From Candidatus Bathyarchaeota archaeon (GTDB taxonomy: Archaea; Thermoproteota; Bathyarchaeia; Bathyarchaeales; Bathycorpusculaceae): 64,000 bases of DNA. Each line of letters begins with the position of its first letter. Within the stretch, counting starts at the first letter, position 1. The stretch lies in NCBI GenBank assembly GCA_963833575.1, contig CAWHXY010000006.1, positions 32,001 through 96,000 of the forward strand, given 5' to 3'. Made by a program: the position numbers and the translations under genes. Below the pieces are notes generated by a model. That model was given only the letters and a program-made list of their open reading frames with translations, had not been told where the DNA came from and did not search any database. Below, in pieces: positions 10,371 through 20,796 of this stretch.

Positions 10371-10685
10371 TTGAAAATTATACAAAAAATCTCTTTAATC
10401 TCAGGGATTGTGTTCATAATATTTGCAGCGATCGTTGCAGTCTTAAGTTACGAAATAGATATTCTTCAGTACACTTCTGCTGCCCCCGCCAACTTCATTC
10501 GACTAAGCGTCGTCGGCACAATGATGCCTTACCTGGTTTCTGCTGTTGTGTCATTCGTAGTTGCATTTTTGACGGCGAACGCAATAAAACCTGCAGATGA
10601 AAAAATACTAGAAACTCAGATGGAAACTAAGCCCAAACAAGAAACCGACCCCGAAAAGACAGCCCAAGAAATTGAAACTGCCTAA
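10371..10685 (+). CDS. small membrane protein
   Basis: two hydrophobic helices and charged tail; TTG start. Confidence 0.55.
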   Translation: MKIIQKISLISGIVFIIFAAIVAVLSYEIDILQYTSAAPANFIRLSVVGTMMPYLVSAVVSFVVAFLTANAIKPADEKILETQMETKPKQETDPEKTAQEIETA

Positions 10686-10781
10686 ACCTCTTCAATTTAT
10701 TTTACTTTTTTTAGAAAGCGCTACATTATTTTTGTCCTTTTATCTTTTCCTAAAAGAAAGAGAAGAAGAGAAATACTCGAC

Positions 10782-12257
10782 TTAGTAGTCGAGGTACTTC
10801 ATTATTTCCCAAGGTGATACGTATAGACAGTATTGGTTCCAATCATTCGTTTTTAACTCAATAAACGCCTCGAACACATGGTTGCCAAGTGTTTCTTTAA
10901 TGAGTTCGTCGCCTTCCATTTCATCTAGTGCGTCTTTGAGTGTAGTTGGAAGTTCTTGTATGCCTAATTCTTTGCGTTTTGCCTTGCTGAGTTTGTAAAC
11001 GTCTTCGTCTACTGGATCGCCTGGGTCAAGTTTCTTTTTGATTCCGTCAAGACCAGCTTTCATGATGCATGCGAATGCTAAGTATGGGTTGCATGATGGG
11101 TCTACGCCTCTGTATTCAACTCGTTTCTGTGCAGCAAAGCCTGCTCCCTTGTAGTACAAGGGTATTCTTGCGAGGGATGATCGGTTGCGTCGACTCCACA
11201 TAACGTAGATTGGTGCTTCAAATCCTGGTACGAGTCGTTTGTAGCTGCTTACGGTTGGGCAACATATTGCGGTTAATGCTTTTGCATGGGCTAAGATTCC
11301 GCCTACGTAGTACCTGCCAATTTGGCTTAGTTCTGCGTATTCGTCTTTTCCATCGTACATAATGTTCTTTCCGTCTTTCCAGAGGCTGGAATGGACGTGC
11401 ATACCGCTTGCGTTATCTAAGTAAATGGGTTTAGGCATGAATGTAGCGATTAAACCATACTTTTTCGCAATGTTTTTGGCAACGAACTTGAAGAATAAAG
11501 CTCTGTCCGCTGTTTCCAGAAGTTCACCGTATTTATAGTCAATTTCAACTTGGCCAACTGTGGCAACTTCATGGTGGTGCTTTTCAATTGTTAATCCAAA
11601 GTTATCTTCCAATACTTGAGAGACTTCATTTCTGTACGCAACAGTTGTGTCTTCTGGTGGAGTCCTGTAGTATGCTTCTTTGGGTCTTAAGATGAAACCG
11701 CCTGGTTTAATTTCTGGCGATTCAGGAACAACGCGTGGTGCTCCCCATGCGTCGCCTTCACCGCTTTTTGGCGCAGCCCAAAGATCCCATGTTAATTTGG
11801 TGGGGTCGATTGAAGTGAAAACGAAGTGTTCTAGTTCAGGTGCGAATATGCCTGTGTAGCCCATGTCTTTGGCTGCTTTTATTGCTCGTTTTGCTACGTA
11901 GCCTCTTGGGCAGGTAACAGAGGGTTCTTTTCCGCCGAATGCTTCTTGGGCATCGCCTAATATTATTGCGCTTTTCTGTAATTCATCGGTTACCCATGGC
12001 ATAATTGAGAGTGTTTTTGCATCAGGCATAAAGATCATGTCTGATTCTTCGATAGATTTGAAGCCGCGAACTGAGGATCCGTCAAAGCCTATGCCTTCCG
12101 TAAAGGCAGCGCCGCTTAGATATTCTCTAGCTGGAAGAACCATATCTTGGAGGATTCCTCGGACATCGACAAATGCTGAGTGCACCCATCGAATATTGTT
12201 TGATTTGAGAGTTTCAATTGCTTTCTTTACTTGTTCATCCACCATGACTTTCACCAT
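10782..12257 (-). CDS. glnA: glutamine synthetase type I (beta-like insertion)
   Basis: FDGSSV, HHHEVAT.GQ.EI, MPKP, ASGMHVH, RLVPGFEAP, NRS, EYRGVDPSCNPY. Confidence 0.9.
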   Translation of the reverse strand: MVKVMVDEQVKKAIETLKSNNIRWVHSAFVDVRGILQDMVLPAREYLSGAAFTEGIGFDGSSVRGFKSIEESDMIFMPDAKTLSIMPWVTDELQKSAIILGDAQEAFGGKEPSVTCPRGYVAKRAIKAAKDMGYTGIFAPELEHFVFTSIDPTKLTWDLWAAPKSGEGDAWGAPRVVPESPEIKPGGFILRPKEAYYRTPPEDTTVAYRNEVSQVLEDNFGLTIEKHHHEVATVGQVEIDYKYGELLETADRALFFKFVAKNIAKKYGLIATFMPKPIYLDNASGMHVHSSLWKDGKNIMYDGKDEYAELSQIGRYYVGGILAHAKALTAICCPTVSSYKRLVPGFEAPIYVMWSRRNRSSLARIPLYYKGAGFAAQKRVEYRGVDPSCNPYLAFACIMKAGLDGIKKKLDPGDPVDEDVYKLSKAKRKELGIQELPTTLKDALDEMEGDELIKETLGNHVFEAFIELKTNDWNQYCLYVSPWEIMKYLDY

Positions 12258-12413
12258 GATAATTCATATGTTTGAGAATCCACTTAAAACATAAACATAT
12301 ATAAGTTTATCCCTCAAATGTTTGAATGAACGTTCACTCAATAAAACTGATTTTTATGACAATAAACACATATCAAAAGTAGACACGTGAAAAAAAATCC
12401 AAATTTGAAAAAG

Positions 12414-12887
12414 CTAAAACCTGTCTCTTGTTTCTCTGCGCAAAAAGTCGCCTGCATCCAACACGTTCTTAATTGCAACTTTCCCTTCAGACACATTTGA
12501 CCCAGCAAGTATCTTTCCAAAGCCCAGACATTCTCCAAACTCATTTAGCACCAAAGTATCATCACCTTTCCGTTTGGAACCCATTACTTTAACTATGCCT
12601 GTTCGAAAAACATCTCTTCCGCAGATAAAGAGCCAGGCTGCTTTTTGGTCAACAACGATTTTGTTAGCTGCTACACTAACAAGCATGTTGAGCAGATTGA
12701 AGCTTGGAAAGAACATACCGTTTTTTACTTTGCCAAGGTATAACCCAGCATAATAATAGTTAACTTGCAATTCCTTCTTTAGACGTGGGCTCAAAAGATA
12801 ATAACGTTGATTCTTTTCAACAACCAATTCAGAATTAAAGGCAACTCCGCAACCGAAACGGGAGGCAAAAACTTCATACGGCTTCAT
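12414..12887 (-). CDS. NIP7-like PUA-domain ribosome biogenesis protein
   Basis: YAGLYLG, LFICGRDVF, VLNEFGECLGFG, DAGDFLRRE; 4-nt overlap with upstream methyltransferase. Confidence 0.75.
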   Translation of the reverse strand: MKPYEVFASRFGCGVAFNSELVVEKNQRYYLLSPRLKKELQVNYYYAGLYLGKVKNGMFFPSFNLLNMLVSVAANKIVVDQKAAWLFICGRDVFRTGIVKVMGSKRKGDDTLVLNEFGECLGFGKILAGSNVSEGKVAIKNVLDAGDFLRRETRDRF

Positions 12888-13771
12888 TGTGCTTCGACCT
12901 TTTTTAGTTTACACACAAAGAAGCCCTGCGTATCTTTTGGCCAGATTCGTCTAGAAAATCCTACTTCGGAATCAAGTTTTTTGCCGAAAACCTCGGTAAG
13001 CCCGTCCACGCCTAAGCAATTAGTTTTCTGAACTTGTAGCCCCAGGTTTTTGACTGCCCAGTCTATGTTTAACTCGTCTTCTTCGGGCTCTAACGAGCAG
13101 GTAGAATAAACAATTTCGCCATTCACGGCTAAACACTTGACTGCTTCTGCCAGAATTTCCTTTTGTACCTTTGCATTTCTCTCTACATCTGCAAGGGTTC
13201 TTCGGCTGAACCATTCACTATCGGAAGCAAAGTTTCCTGAGCAGGGAACATCCAACAATATACGATCAAATGTGCGATTTAGCTTTGTAGCTTGTCGAGC
13301 ATCCAAATTGTAAACGATTGTGTTATTGATGTGGCATCGTTCTAAATGGTTTGCCATGACGCCCAAGCGCTCCTTATTAACATCTAAGGCTGTTATGACT
13401 CCGCTGTTTTCCATCAAGTCGGCCAGTTGAACGGTTTTTCCTCCTGGCGCTGCAGAGTCATCCAGAACCATTTTGCCATGCAAAGCGGTGAAAAGTGTGG
13501 CGGGAATTTGAGCGGCAGCTTCCTGAATAGAGTACAGTCCAAGCAGATATTCGGCTGTTGCTCCTGCTGAAGCTTTTGATTTAACTACCCAATATCCTGC
13601 TTGCAAAAAAGGCACTTTCTCAAGCTCAACACCTAAACTGCGAAGCCTTTCAGGGATTTTTTTGGCTTTTGCGTTAATTTGGTTTACCCTAATTGAAAGT
13701 TTGGGCTTAGGTTCTTCGAAGTCCCAACCAAGTTGGACATAACGATCTAGGAAAAATTGTTTGCCAGACAT
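12884..13771 (-). CDS. RsmB/NOP2-family RNA m5C methyltransferase
   Basis: IQEAAA, AAPGGKT, LLDVPCSG, YSTCSLEPEE. Confidence 0.92.
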   Translation of the reverse strand: MSGKQFFLDRYVQLGWDFEEPKPKLSIRVNQINAKAKKIPERLRSLGVELEKVPFLQAGYWVVKSKASAGATAEYLLGLYSIQEAAAQIPATLFTALHGKMVLDDSAAPGGKTVQLADLMENSGVITALDVNKERLGVMANHLERCHINNTIVYNLDARQATKLNRTFDRILLDVPCSGNFASDSEWFSRRTLADVERNAKVQKEILAEAVKCLAVNGEIVYSTCSLEPEEDELNIDWAVKNLGLQVQKTNCLGVDGLTEVFGKKLDSEVGFSRRIWPKDTQGFFVCKLKKVEAQ

Positions 13772-13879
13772 CAACTCTACATTGCGATTAACGTAATAAA
13801 AACCTTTCAACAAAGATTTAGGAAAGTTCAGAACTGAAGTAAAATTGATTGCCGTCTGATTTTGCCGACATCACAAGTT

Positions 13880-16678
13880 TTAAGTGTGATCATGAATTCT
13901 TAGCGATTCAGAGCCAGTTTTGGTGAATTTTCGGCTGAAAAACTTTCGAATTTCCTCAGCCAATACAACGATTACAGCCAGCGACAGCAAAAATGCCCAA
14001 TCGGCAAGTCCTAATGGTTGTGTTCCGAATACTGTGTTCATTATTGGAACGTAAACTAGAAATGCCAATATGGAAAGTTGAGCAACAATGCCAAAGATTA
14101 TCCATTTGTTGTGTTTAAGGCTTGTTTTGAGAATTGATTGCTTCGATGTTCTGCATGCGAGAACGTTACCAGCTTGAGCTACAACTATACCTGCAAACAT
14201 CATTGTAACTCCTTTGAGATAGATAGGATTGTTGTTGGGTAAGCTTCCTCCGAAATGCCAATCTGATGGAACAGGCATTCCAATGTGCCAACCGCCGGTG
14301 GCCCAAACGTTTAAGCACCCAATTATGGCGCCAACTGCAATAATCACTCCGATGAAAACCGAGCGTAGAAGGACTTTGCGCGTAAACAACCTCTCTTTAA
14401 TGCTTCTTGGTGGCTCTTCCATGATTCCAAGTTCAGCTGGTTCCCTACTTAGCGCCAATGAGGGGATTACGTCTATTGCAAGATCTATGGATAAGACCTG
14501 AACAACAAGTAATGGCAACGGAAACCCTAAACCGGCATACAACACGAAGGGGATGAGTTCTGCCCAGTTGTGCGAAAACACGTAAACGATGAACTTGCGA
14601 ATGTTCTCATAAATTGCTCTGCCCGATTCTATTGCTTTAACGATTGATGCAAAGCTGTCATCAAGCAAGACTATATCTGCGGCTTCACGTGCAACGTCAG
14701 TTCCAGAAGCGCCCATAGCAACACCAATGTCTGCTTCCTTAAGGCTTGGAGCATCATTTGCCCCGTCGCCTGTAACTGCAACGATCTCTCCACTCGATTT
14801 GAGCGCCTTGACTATGCGAAGTTTCTGCTCAGGCGCAACACGGGCAAAAATTACATTTCCTTTTCGAACTTCATCAATTACTGCTTTATCGCTTAAATCA
14901 TCCAAATCTATACCGCGAATAACTTGACAGCAGTCTCGGTCGACAATTGCAACTTCTTTAGCAATTGCCTCCGCAGTTGGACCATAGTCTCCAGTAATGA
15001 TGACCGTTTTTACTCCAGCTTGCTTTGCCTTCAAAACAGCGTCTTTAACTTCCATTCGCGGAGGGTCTCGCATTGCAGCTAACCCAACGAAAACAAGTTC
15101 AGACTCAAACCCTGCGTCTTTGCTGTACTCAGTTTTCAACATCTGCTTGTATGCGACGGCAATAACCCGCAAGCCTTCGCGGGCAAACTCATGAATTCGT
15201 GATTCTATCCACGTCATTTTTTCCGAATTTAACTCTTCGACTTTCCCGTCCACAAGCACTTTAGTACATAAATCCAAAATGTTTCTCGGTGCGCCTTTAG
15301 TGTAAATTAAAATATTGCCGTTCAAACTGTGAACTGTGCTCATCCGTTTGCGCTCAAAACTGAAGGGCAAAACGTGAATAATCGGTTTCTCTTCCAATGC
15401 ATTTGGAACGTTAACGTTGGATTTAAGTGCGGCAACAAGTAAGGCACCGTCGGTTGGATCGCCTATCACGCTCCAATTTTTGTTTCTATCTGATGGGGGA
15501 TCAAGTTTTGCACCATTGCAAAGAGCAGCAATTTCAAGAAGTTTTTCCAAAGTGCCTGTTTGGCCTTGCTGCAATGGCTGACCGTTTACAGTGAAATCAC
15601 CTTCAGGCTTATAGCCTAAACCGGAAACGTCGGCTACGTAGTCATAAACCCAAAGCTTGTTTACGGTCATTTCTCCTTTAGTTATTGTGCCTGTCTTGTC
15701 AGTGCAAATTACGGTGACACTACCTAAAGTTTGCACGGCTGATAACCGTTTTACCAAAACGTTTTGTTTCACCATCTTCAGAACGTTGATAGCTAAGGCG
15801 CTGGAAACGGTGACTTGCAAGCCTTCAGGTACGCAGGCGACCATTACACCAATCATGAACAAAATAGCAGTGCCGAGACCGACATGCAAGAAGAGAAAAC
15901 TTGAGATAAAGAATGCAGCTCCCACAGCAATAGCAATTATGAAGTCATATTTTGCGGTTAAAGCGATTTCTTTTTGGAGCGGGCTCTCTTCTTCACGAAT
16001 TGTCTGAGTTAAGTTAGCGATTTTCCCAAACTGAGTACTCATACCAGTCGCGTAGACAATTGCTTTACCTTGACCTTTCGCGACGCTAGTGCTCATGAAA
16101 ACCAGGTTAGGTGCGTACAAGTAAGCTTTCTCAACAATTTTGACCGTTTCAGCTACGCGTGGTTGCGGTTCAGATTCTCCTGTTAATGGAACATTATTTG
16201 TCCACAAATCAAAAGCTTCGATTAAGCGTCCATCCGCAGGTACTCGATCACCTTCCTCAAGAGCAACTATGTCACCTGGGACAATTTCACTAACTGAAAT
16301 CTTTTTGAGTTCACCATCACGCATTACTTTTGCAAATTCTGGCATCCAGCTTCTGAGTGTTTCTATGGCTTTTTCTGCGCGTGACTCTTGAAACATTGAT
16401 ACGAAAATGTTGACAAAAACAACTGTAAGTATGATTAACGCAAGTTCTGGACTGCCGCTAATGTAGGATAAAATAGCTGCAACAAGCAGCAGTATTCCAA
16501 ATAAATCTCGAAGGTTACGAATAAATTTGTGAATAAGGGGGGTTTGACGTTTTTCTGTGAGTTTGTTGTAGCCATATTTCTTCAGACGAAGTTTAGCCTC
16601 TTCAGTAGTCAAACCATTAATTGATGTGTTTAAGTCATCGAAGACCTCATCAACAGGCAAAGAAGAAGCTTTTTCCAA
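13880..16678 (-). CDS. cation-transporting P-type ATPase (P2, Na/K- or Ca-type)
   Basis: TGES, VPEGL, DKTGT, KGAP, TGD, GDGAND. Confidence 0.92.
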   Translation of the reverse strand: MEKASSLPVDEVFDDLNTSINGLTTEEAKLRLKKYGYNKLTEKRQTPLIHKFIRNLRDLFGILLLVAAILSYISGSPELALIILTVVFVNIFVSMFQESRAEKAIETLRSWMPEFAKVMRDGELKKISVSEIVPGDIVALEEGDRVPADGRLIEAFDLWTNNVPLTGESEPQPRVAETVKIVEKAYLYAPNLVFMSTSVAKGQGKAIVYATGMSTQFGKIANLTQTIREEESPLQKEIALTAKYDFIIAIAVGAAFFISSFLFLHVGLGTAILFMIGVMVACVPEGLQVTVSSALAINVLKMVKQNVLVKRLSAVQTLGSVTVICTDKTGTITKGEMTVNKLWVYDYVADVSGLGYKPEGDFTVNGQPLQQGQTGTLEKLLEIAALCNGAKLDPPSDRNKNWSVIGDPTDGALLVAALKSNVNVPNALEEKPIIHVLPFSFERKRMSTVHSLNGNILIYTKGAPRNILDLCTKVLVDGKVEELNSEKMTWIESRIHEFAREGLRVIAVAYKQMLKTEYSKDAGFESELVFVGLAAMRDPPRMEVKDAVLKAKQAGVKTVIITGDYGPTAEAIAKEVAIVDRDCCQVIRGIDLDDLSDKAVIDEVRKGNVIFARVAPEQKLRIVKALKSSGEIVAVTGDGANDAPSLKEADIGVAMGASGTDVAREAADIVLLDDSFASIVKAIESGRAIYENIRKFIVYVFSHNWAELIPFVLYAGLGFPLPLLVVQVLSIDLAIDVIPSLALSREPAELGIMEEPPRSIKERLFTRKVLLRSVFIGVIIAVGAIIGCLNVWATGGWHIGMPVPSDWHFGGSLPNNNPIYLKGVTMMFAGIVVAQAGNVLACRTSKQSILKTSLKHNKWIIFGIVAQLSILAFLVYVPIMNTVFGTQPLGLADWAFLLSLAVIVVLAEEIRKFFSRKFTKTGSESLRIHDHT

Positions 16679-17256
16679 ATTAATTCCGCCAAAACCTCGC
16701 GATTAACTAGTTAGGAACAACCTCAAACGAAGGGAATCTGAACGTCAAAATAGGATATGTGAATGAAGAATTATAGTTTGAACCGGAATTAACTAAAGGT
16801 GTAATCATATTCTCAGCATTTTTAACGTAAATATTAGACATAATTGTTATTTTTTGTTAAATTGTTGCTTGCTGAATTTAAACCAATCGGATAGAAAGAT
16901 ACTTTCAACATTGAATTAGCAAACTTTAAGCAAGCGATGTTCTTCTTATTCATTTAATTCTTTTCACCTTTAAATTTAATATTTGCATATAAACAAAATT
17001 GTTCTTTTATCCTTTCTTGCGAACTGGGCTTAACCAACTTGCAAAGCAAAATCAACCGCTTAATGTAAAATACAGAAGCGGAAAACGTCAGAAATCAAAG
17101 TTATTTAAAGACAGAAACATGTTTGCGGTTGTTTGCATAGATATTGCTTTTCCAAGTTTTTCAAAAAAGGATGCCATAAAGTTAATAGGACACAAATTCA
17201 CTTTCCATGTAGTTTCAAATAATAAATATCATTAAAAAAATGGAGAATGTATAGTT

Positions 17257-19473
17257 ATGGCTCGTTATAGGCAAACTGACGAAATAGTCAAACTGATGGA
17301 AACTCCGACATTCATCAGAAATACTAGCATTATTGCACATGTTGACCATGGAAAAACCACTCTTGCCGACAGTTTACTTGCAGCAGCAGGAATTATCAGC
17401 ACCCAAACTGCTGGGCAAAAACTTTTCCTCGATTCGTGGGATCTTGAGCAGAAACGTCAAATGACAGTTTTCGCCTCAAACGTTAGCCTAGTCCATACAT
17501 ACCAAAACCAAGATTACCTCATCAACCTGATTGATACGCCTGGACACATTGACTTTTCAGGCGCCGTTACAAGAAGCCTCCGTGCTGTCGACGGAGCCCT
17601 TGTAGTTGTCGACGCTGTTGAAGGCCCCATGACTCAAACAGAAACCGTTTTGATGCAGGCCCTTCGAGAACGCGTTAAACCAATTCTATTCATCAATAAA
17701 GTTGACCGATTAATAAAAGAAATCAAACTAACACCTCAAGAGATCCAAAAGAAATTTGCCAAGATTCTCATGAGAGTAAATAGTTTGATTGAGAGGTATG
17801 CGCCTGCAGAGCACAAACAAGACTGGCAAGTAAAAATTGAAGATAGCCGTGTCGCATTTGGCTCAGCGCTACATAAATGGGGATTGAATCTTGATCACAT
17901 GAAAATGAAGAAAGTCACTTTCCAGGACATTATCGACGCTTACACAGGCGATCCAATAGAAGTTGGAAGAAAAGTTGATGAATTAAGTAAAAAAGCGCCA
18001 CTACCAGAACCGATTTTGGATATGTTCGTTAAACACTTACCTAATCCTTTCGAAGCACAGCCATACAGGCAGCCACAGATTTGGCCAGGAGATGTTAGTA
18101 GTCCGACAGGTCAAGGAATGGCGAAAGTTGATCCGAAAGCTCCTTTGCTGATGTGCATATCGACCATTGAAGTTGACCCACACAGCGGAACAGTTGCAAT
18201 TGGCAGAATTTTCAGCGGTTCAGTTGTGCGAGGAAAAACAGTCCAACTTTTAAGCAGTAACCAGAAAGGCACTATTCAACAGGTTTTTATGAGTATGGCA
18301 ACTGACCGTGTTCTTATTGACCATGTTCCAGCAGGGAACATTGGAGCAATCTCAGGTTTACCATCAATACATGTAGGAGAAACTATTGCAGAAGAAGGCG
18401 CAGACGTACATTCGTTTGAAGGCTTAAGATACGTTTCTGACCCAGTCGTAACCGTAGCTGTCGAACCCGAAGACGTCAAAGACCTACCTTTATTCGATAA
18501 AGTAATGCACAAGCTCACAACAGAAGACCCCAACCTGCATTTCGTTATGAATAAAGAAAGCGGCGAATTCCTCTTGTCAGGAATGGGCGAACTCCACCTT
18601 GAAATCACTGCTTACCGAATGCAAGAAGCAGGCTTAAAAGTAAAACTTAGCAAGCCAATAGTCATCTACAGAGAAACCATAAGTCATAATTACATGGGTC
18701 CAGCTATTATGGGAAAAAGCCCTAACAAACACAACAAACTCTGGATAACAATTGAGAGGCTGTCAGATGAAGTTATTGATGCTATAAAATCTGATAAAAT
18801 TAGTGACATGCAGAGCAAAGATGAACGAACGAAAACTTTGCGTTCTTTAGGATGGGAAGCAGATGAAGCTAAAGGCGCAGTAGCTGTTGAAGAAAACTGT
18901 ATTCTTGTTAACCGCATTAGAGGAAGACAATACGTCGAGGAAATTCTCGATCACATTAAAGGCGGATTCCGAGAAGCAGTCCACACATCGCCGTTAGCTA
19001 AAGAACCAGCTTACGGCTTAAAAATCAACCTAGAAGACATTGTACTTCACGAAGATCCAGTCCACAGAGGTCCAGCACAAGCTATCCCAATGACCTGGAG
19101 ACCAATATACTGCTGTATACTACTAAGCGATCCAAAACTGCTTGAGCCACTCATGAGTTTCGAATGCAAAGTTCCAAGCGAATTCGTCAGCGCAGTAATC
19201 ACAATGCTTAACAAGAGACGAGGAAAAATCCTTGACATGCCATCTGAAGAAGACATGATCACCGTTAAAGCTGAAATGCCAGTTTCCGAAAGCTTCGGCA
19301 TTGCTGACGAACTGAGAGGTTCAACTTCAGGCAGAGCATTTTGGGCAACACAGTTCAGCAGATGGGCACCAGTTCCAGAACAAATGCAAGCAGACACTAT
19401 CAAAAAGATACGCGAACGCAGAGGATTACCACCAATTCCGCCAAAACCAGAAGAATACTTCGAGAAAGAATAG
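17257..19473 (+). CDS. translation elongation factor EF-2 family GTPase, probably the paralog aEF-2p
   Basis: AHVDHGKTT, DTPGH, NKVD, GMGELHL, HEDPVHRGPAQ; switch I reads RQMT instead of RGIT. Confidence 0.9.
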   Translation: MARYRQTDEIVKLMETPTFIRNTSIIAHVDHGKTTLADSLLAAAGIISTQTAGQKLFLDSWDLEQKRQMTVFASNVSLVHTYQNQDYLINLIDTPGHIDFSGAVTRSLRAVDGALVVVDAVEGPMTQTETVLMQALRERVKPILFINKVDRLIKEIKLTPQEIQKKFAKILMRVNSLIERYAPAEHKQDWQVKIEDSRVAFGSALHKWGLNLDHMKMKKVTFQDIIDAYTGDPIEVGRKVDELSKKAPLPEPILDMFVKHLPNPFEAQPYRQPQIWPGDVSSPTGQGMAKVDPKAPLLMCISTIEVDPHSGTVAIGRIFSGSVVRGKTVQLLSSNQKGTIQQVFMSMATDRVLIDHVPAGNIGAISGLPSIHVGETIAEEGADVHSFEGLRYVSDPVVTVAVEPEDVKDLPLFDKVMHKLTTEDPNLHFVMNKESGEFLLSGMGELHLEITAYRMQEAGLKVKLSKPIVIYRETISHNYMGPAIMGKSPNKHNKLWITIERLSDEVIDAIKSDKISDMQSKDERTKTLRSLGWEADEAKGAVAVEENCILVNRIRGRQYVEEILDHIKGGFREAVHTSPLAKEPAYGLKINLEDIVLHEDPVHRGPAQAIPMTWRPIYCCILLSDPKLLEPLMSFECKVPSEFVSAVITMLNKRRGKILDMPSEEDMITVKAEMPVSESFGIADELRGSTSGRAFWATQFSRWAPVPEQMQADTIKKIRERRGLPPIPPKPEEYFEKE

Positions 19474-19581
19474 TAAACTCTTTTCTTTTTTAGTTTTTTC
19501 TTTTTAACATATCTAGCTAAGTTTAAGCAAATATTTTTTGGTGTAGTAAGGCTTTAATGCAAATTAGCGGTTAACCTTTCA

Positions 19582-20187
19582 GTGAGGCTTATGATACTGG
19601 GAATTTGTGGTAGCCCAAGAGAAGATCAAGCTACTGAATACGTTTTAAAAGAAGCTTTAAGAATGCTTAGTGAAAAAGGCTTCGAAACCAAGTTTTGGAG
19701 CGTTAAAGGAAACTGGATTGATTATTGTACACATTGTGATTACTGCCTCAAAAACAAGGAATGCTCTATCCAAGATGATATGCAAGAGCTTTACGTTTTG
19801 CTTACTGAAGCAAAAGGAATTATCTTTGCAACTCCCGTGTATAACGGCGGAGTAAGCGCACAAATCAAAGCAATAATGGATAGAACACGCGCATTAGTTG
19901 CTGCAGACAAAAATGTTTTCAAAGGCAAAGTTGGCATGGGCATAGCGGTTGGCGGAGACAGAAATGGCGGGCAAGAATTCACCCTAATGCAAATTCACAC
20001 ATTTTACATAATAAACGGAATGATACCTACAGGGGGAGGATTTTTCGGGGCTAATTTAGGTGCAACTTTTTGGAGCAAAGACACCTTAGAAGGGGTTAAA
20101 GCGGATGAAGAAGGCTTCAGAAGTTTAAAAAAGACGATTAAACGGTTTGTTGAATATTCAGAGAAGTATGGCGAAACAAAAGGTTGA
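19582..20187 (+). CDS. iron-sulfur flavoprotein (Isf)/flavodoxin-family protein
   Basis: GSPR, CTHCDYC.....C..QDDM, TPVY, GGDRNGGQE. Confidence 0.88.
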   Translation: MRLMILGICGSPREDQATEYVLKEALRMLSEKGFETKFWSVKGNWIDYCTHCDYCLKNKECSIQDDMQELYVLLTEAKGIIFATPVYNGGVSAQIKAIMDRTRALVAADKNVFKGKVGMGIAVGGDRNGGQEFTLMQIHTFYIINGMIPTGGGFFGANLGATFWSKDTLEGVKADEEGFRSLKKTIKRFVEYSEKYGETKG

Positions 20188-20771
20188 ATGTTATGGCTGA
20201 AGATGTTAAGGTTAAGAAGCGTAAAGTGGCGTGGGGAATAAGCGGCGCCGGCGATAAAATCGCTGAAATAGTCGAAACCATGAAGGAATTAAAAGCTCAG
20301 TCAGAAGACAAAGTGGAGATTGAGGTTTTCATCTCCAAAGCCGCCGACACTATGCTCAAATTCTACAGGTTGGACGAGGAAGTCAAAAAGAGCTTTTCCA
20401 AAGTCACGGTTGAAGTCAACGCGAACTCGCCATTCCTAGCGGCGTGGATGCAAAGCGGCAAATACGAGCTCCTGCTTATCGCACCTGCGTCATCAAATAC
20501 TGTCGCTAAAATCGCCAATAGCATAAGCGACACCATGCTTACCAACGCCGCCCTAATGGCTCTTAAAGCCTTCCAACAAGTCTACATCCTACCCACAGAC
20601 TACAGAGAAAGCATAGTTTACACAAAACTGCCCAACGGCAAAGAAATGAAATTGCGAGTACGCAAAGAAGAAGCCGACCAAGTTCGACGGCTCGAAGCCA
20701 TGGACGGCATGCACGTGCTGGAAAACCCCCAAAAAATGAAAGAAATATTATTGGAGAGGCTAAAACCGTGA
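20184..20771 (+). CDS. afpA: archaeoflavoprotein AfpA-like flavoprotein
   Basis: VAWGISGAG, IAPASSNTVAKI, ILPTD, TKLP.G. Confidence 0.75.
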   Translation: MNVMAEDVKVKKRKVAWGISGAGDKIAEIVETMKELKAQSEDKVEIEVFISKAADTMLKFYRLDEEVKKSFSKVTVEVNANSPFLAAWMQSGKYELLLIAPASSNTVAKIANSISDTMLTNAALMALKAFQQVYILPTDYRESIVYTKLPNGKEMKLRVRKEEADQVRRLEAMDGMHVLENPQKMKEILLERLKP

Positions 20772-20796
20772 AAGCCTAACTCGTTTTTTCTCGATA

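Noticed and set aside
16999-17235. 78-aa ORF upstream of EF-2
   Set aside because: AT-rich, TTG start, no motif; probably promoter DNA
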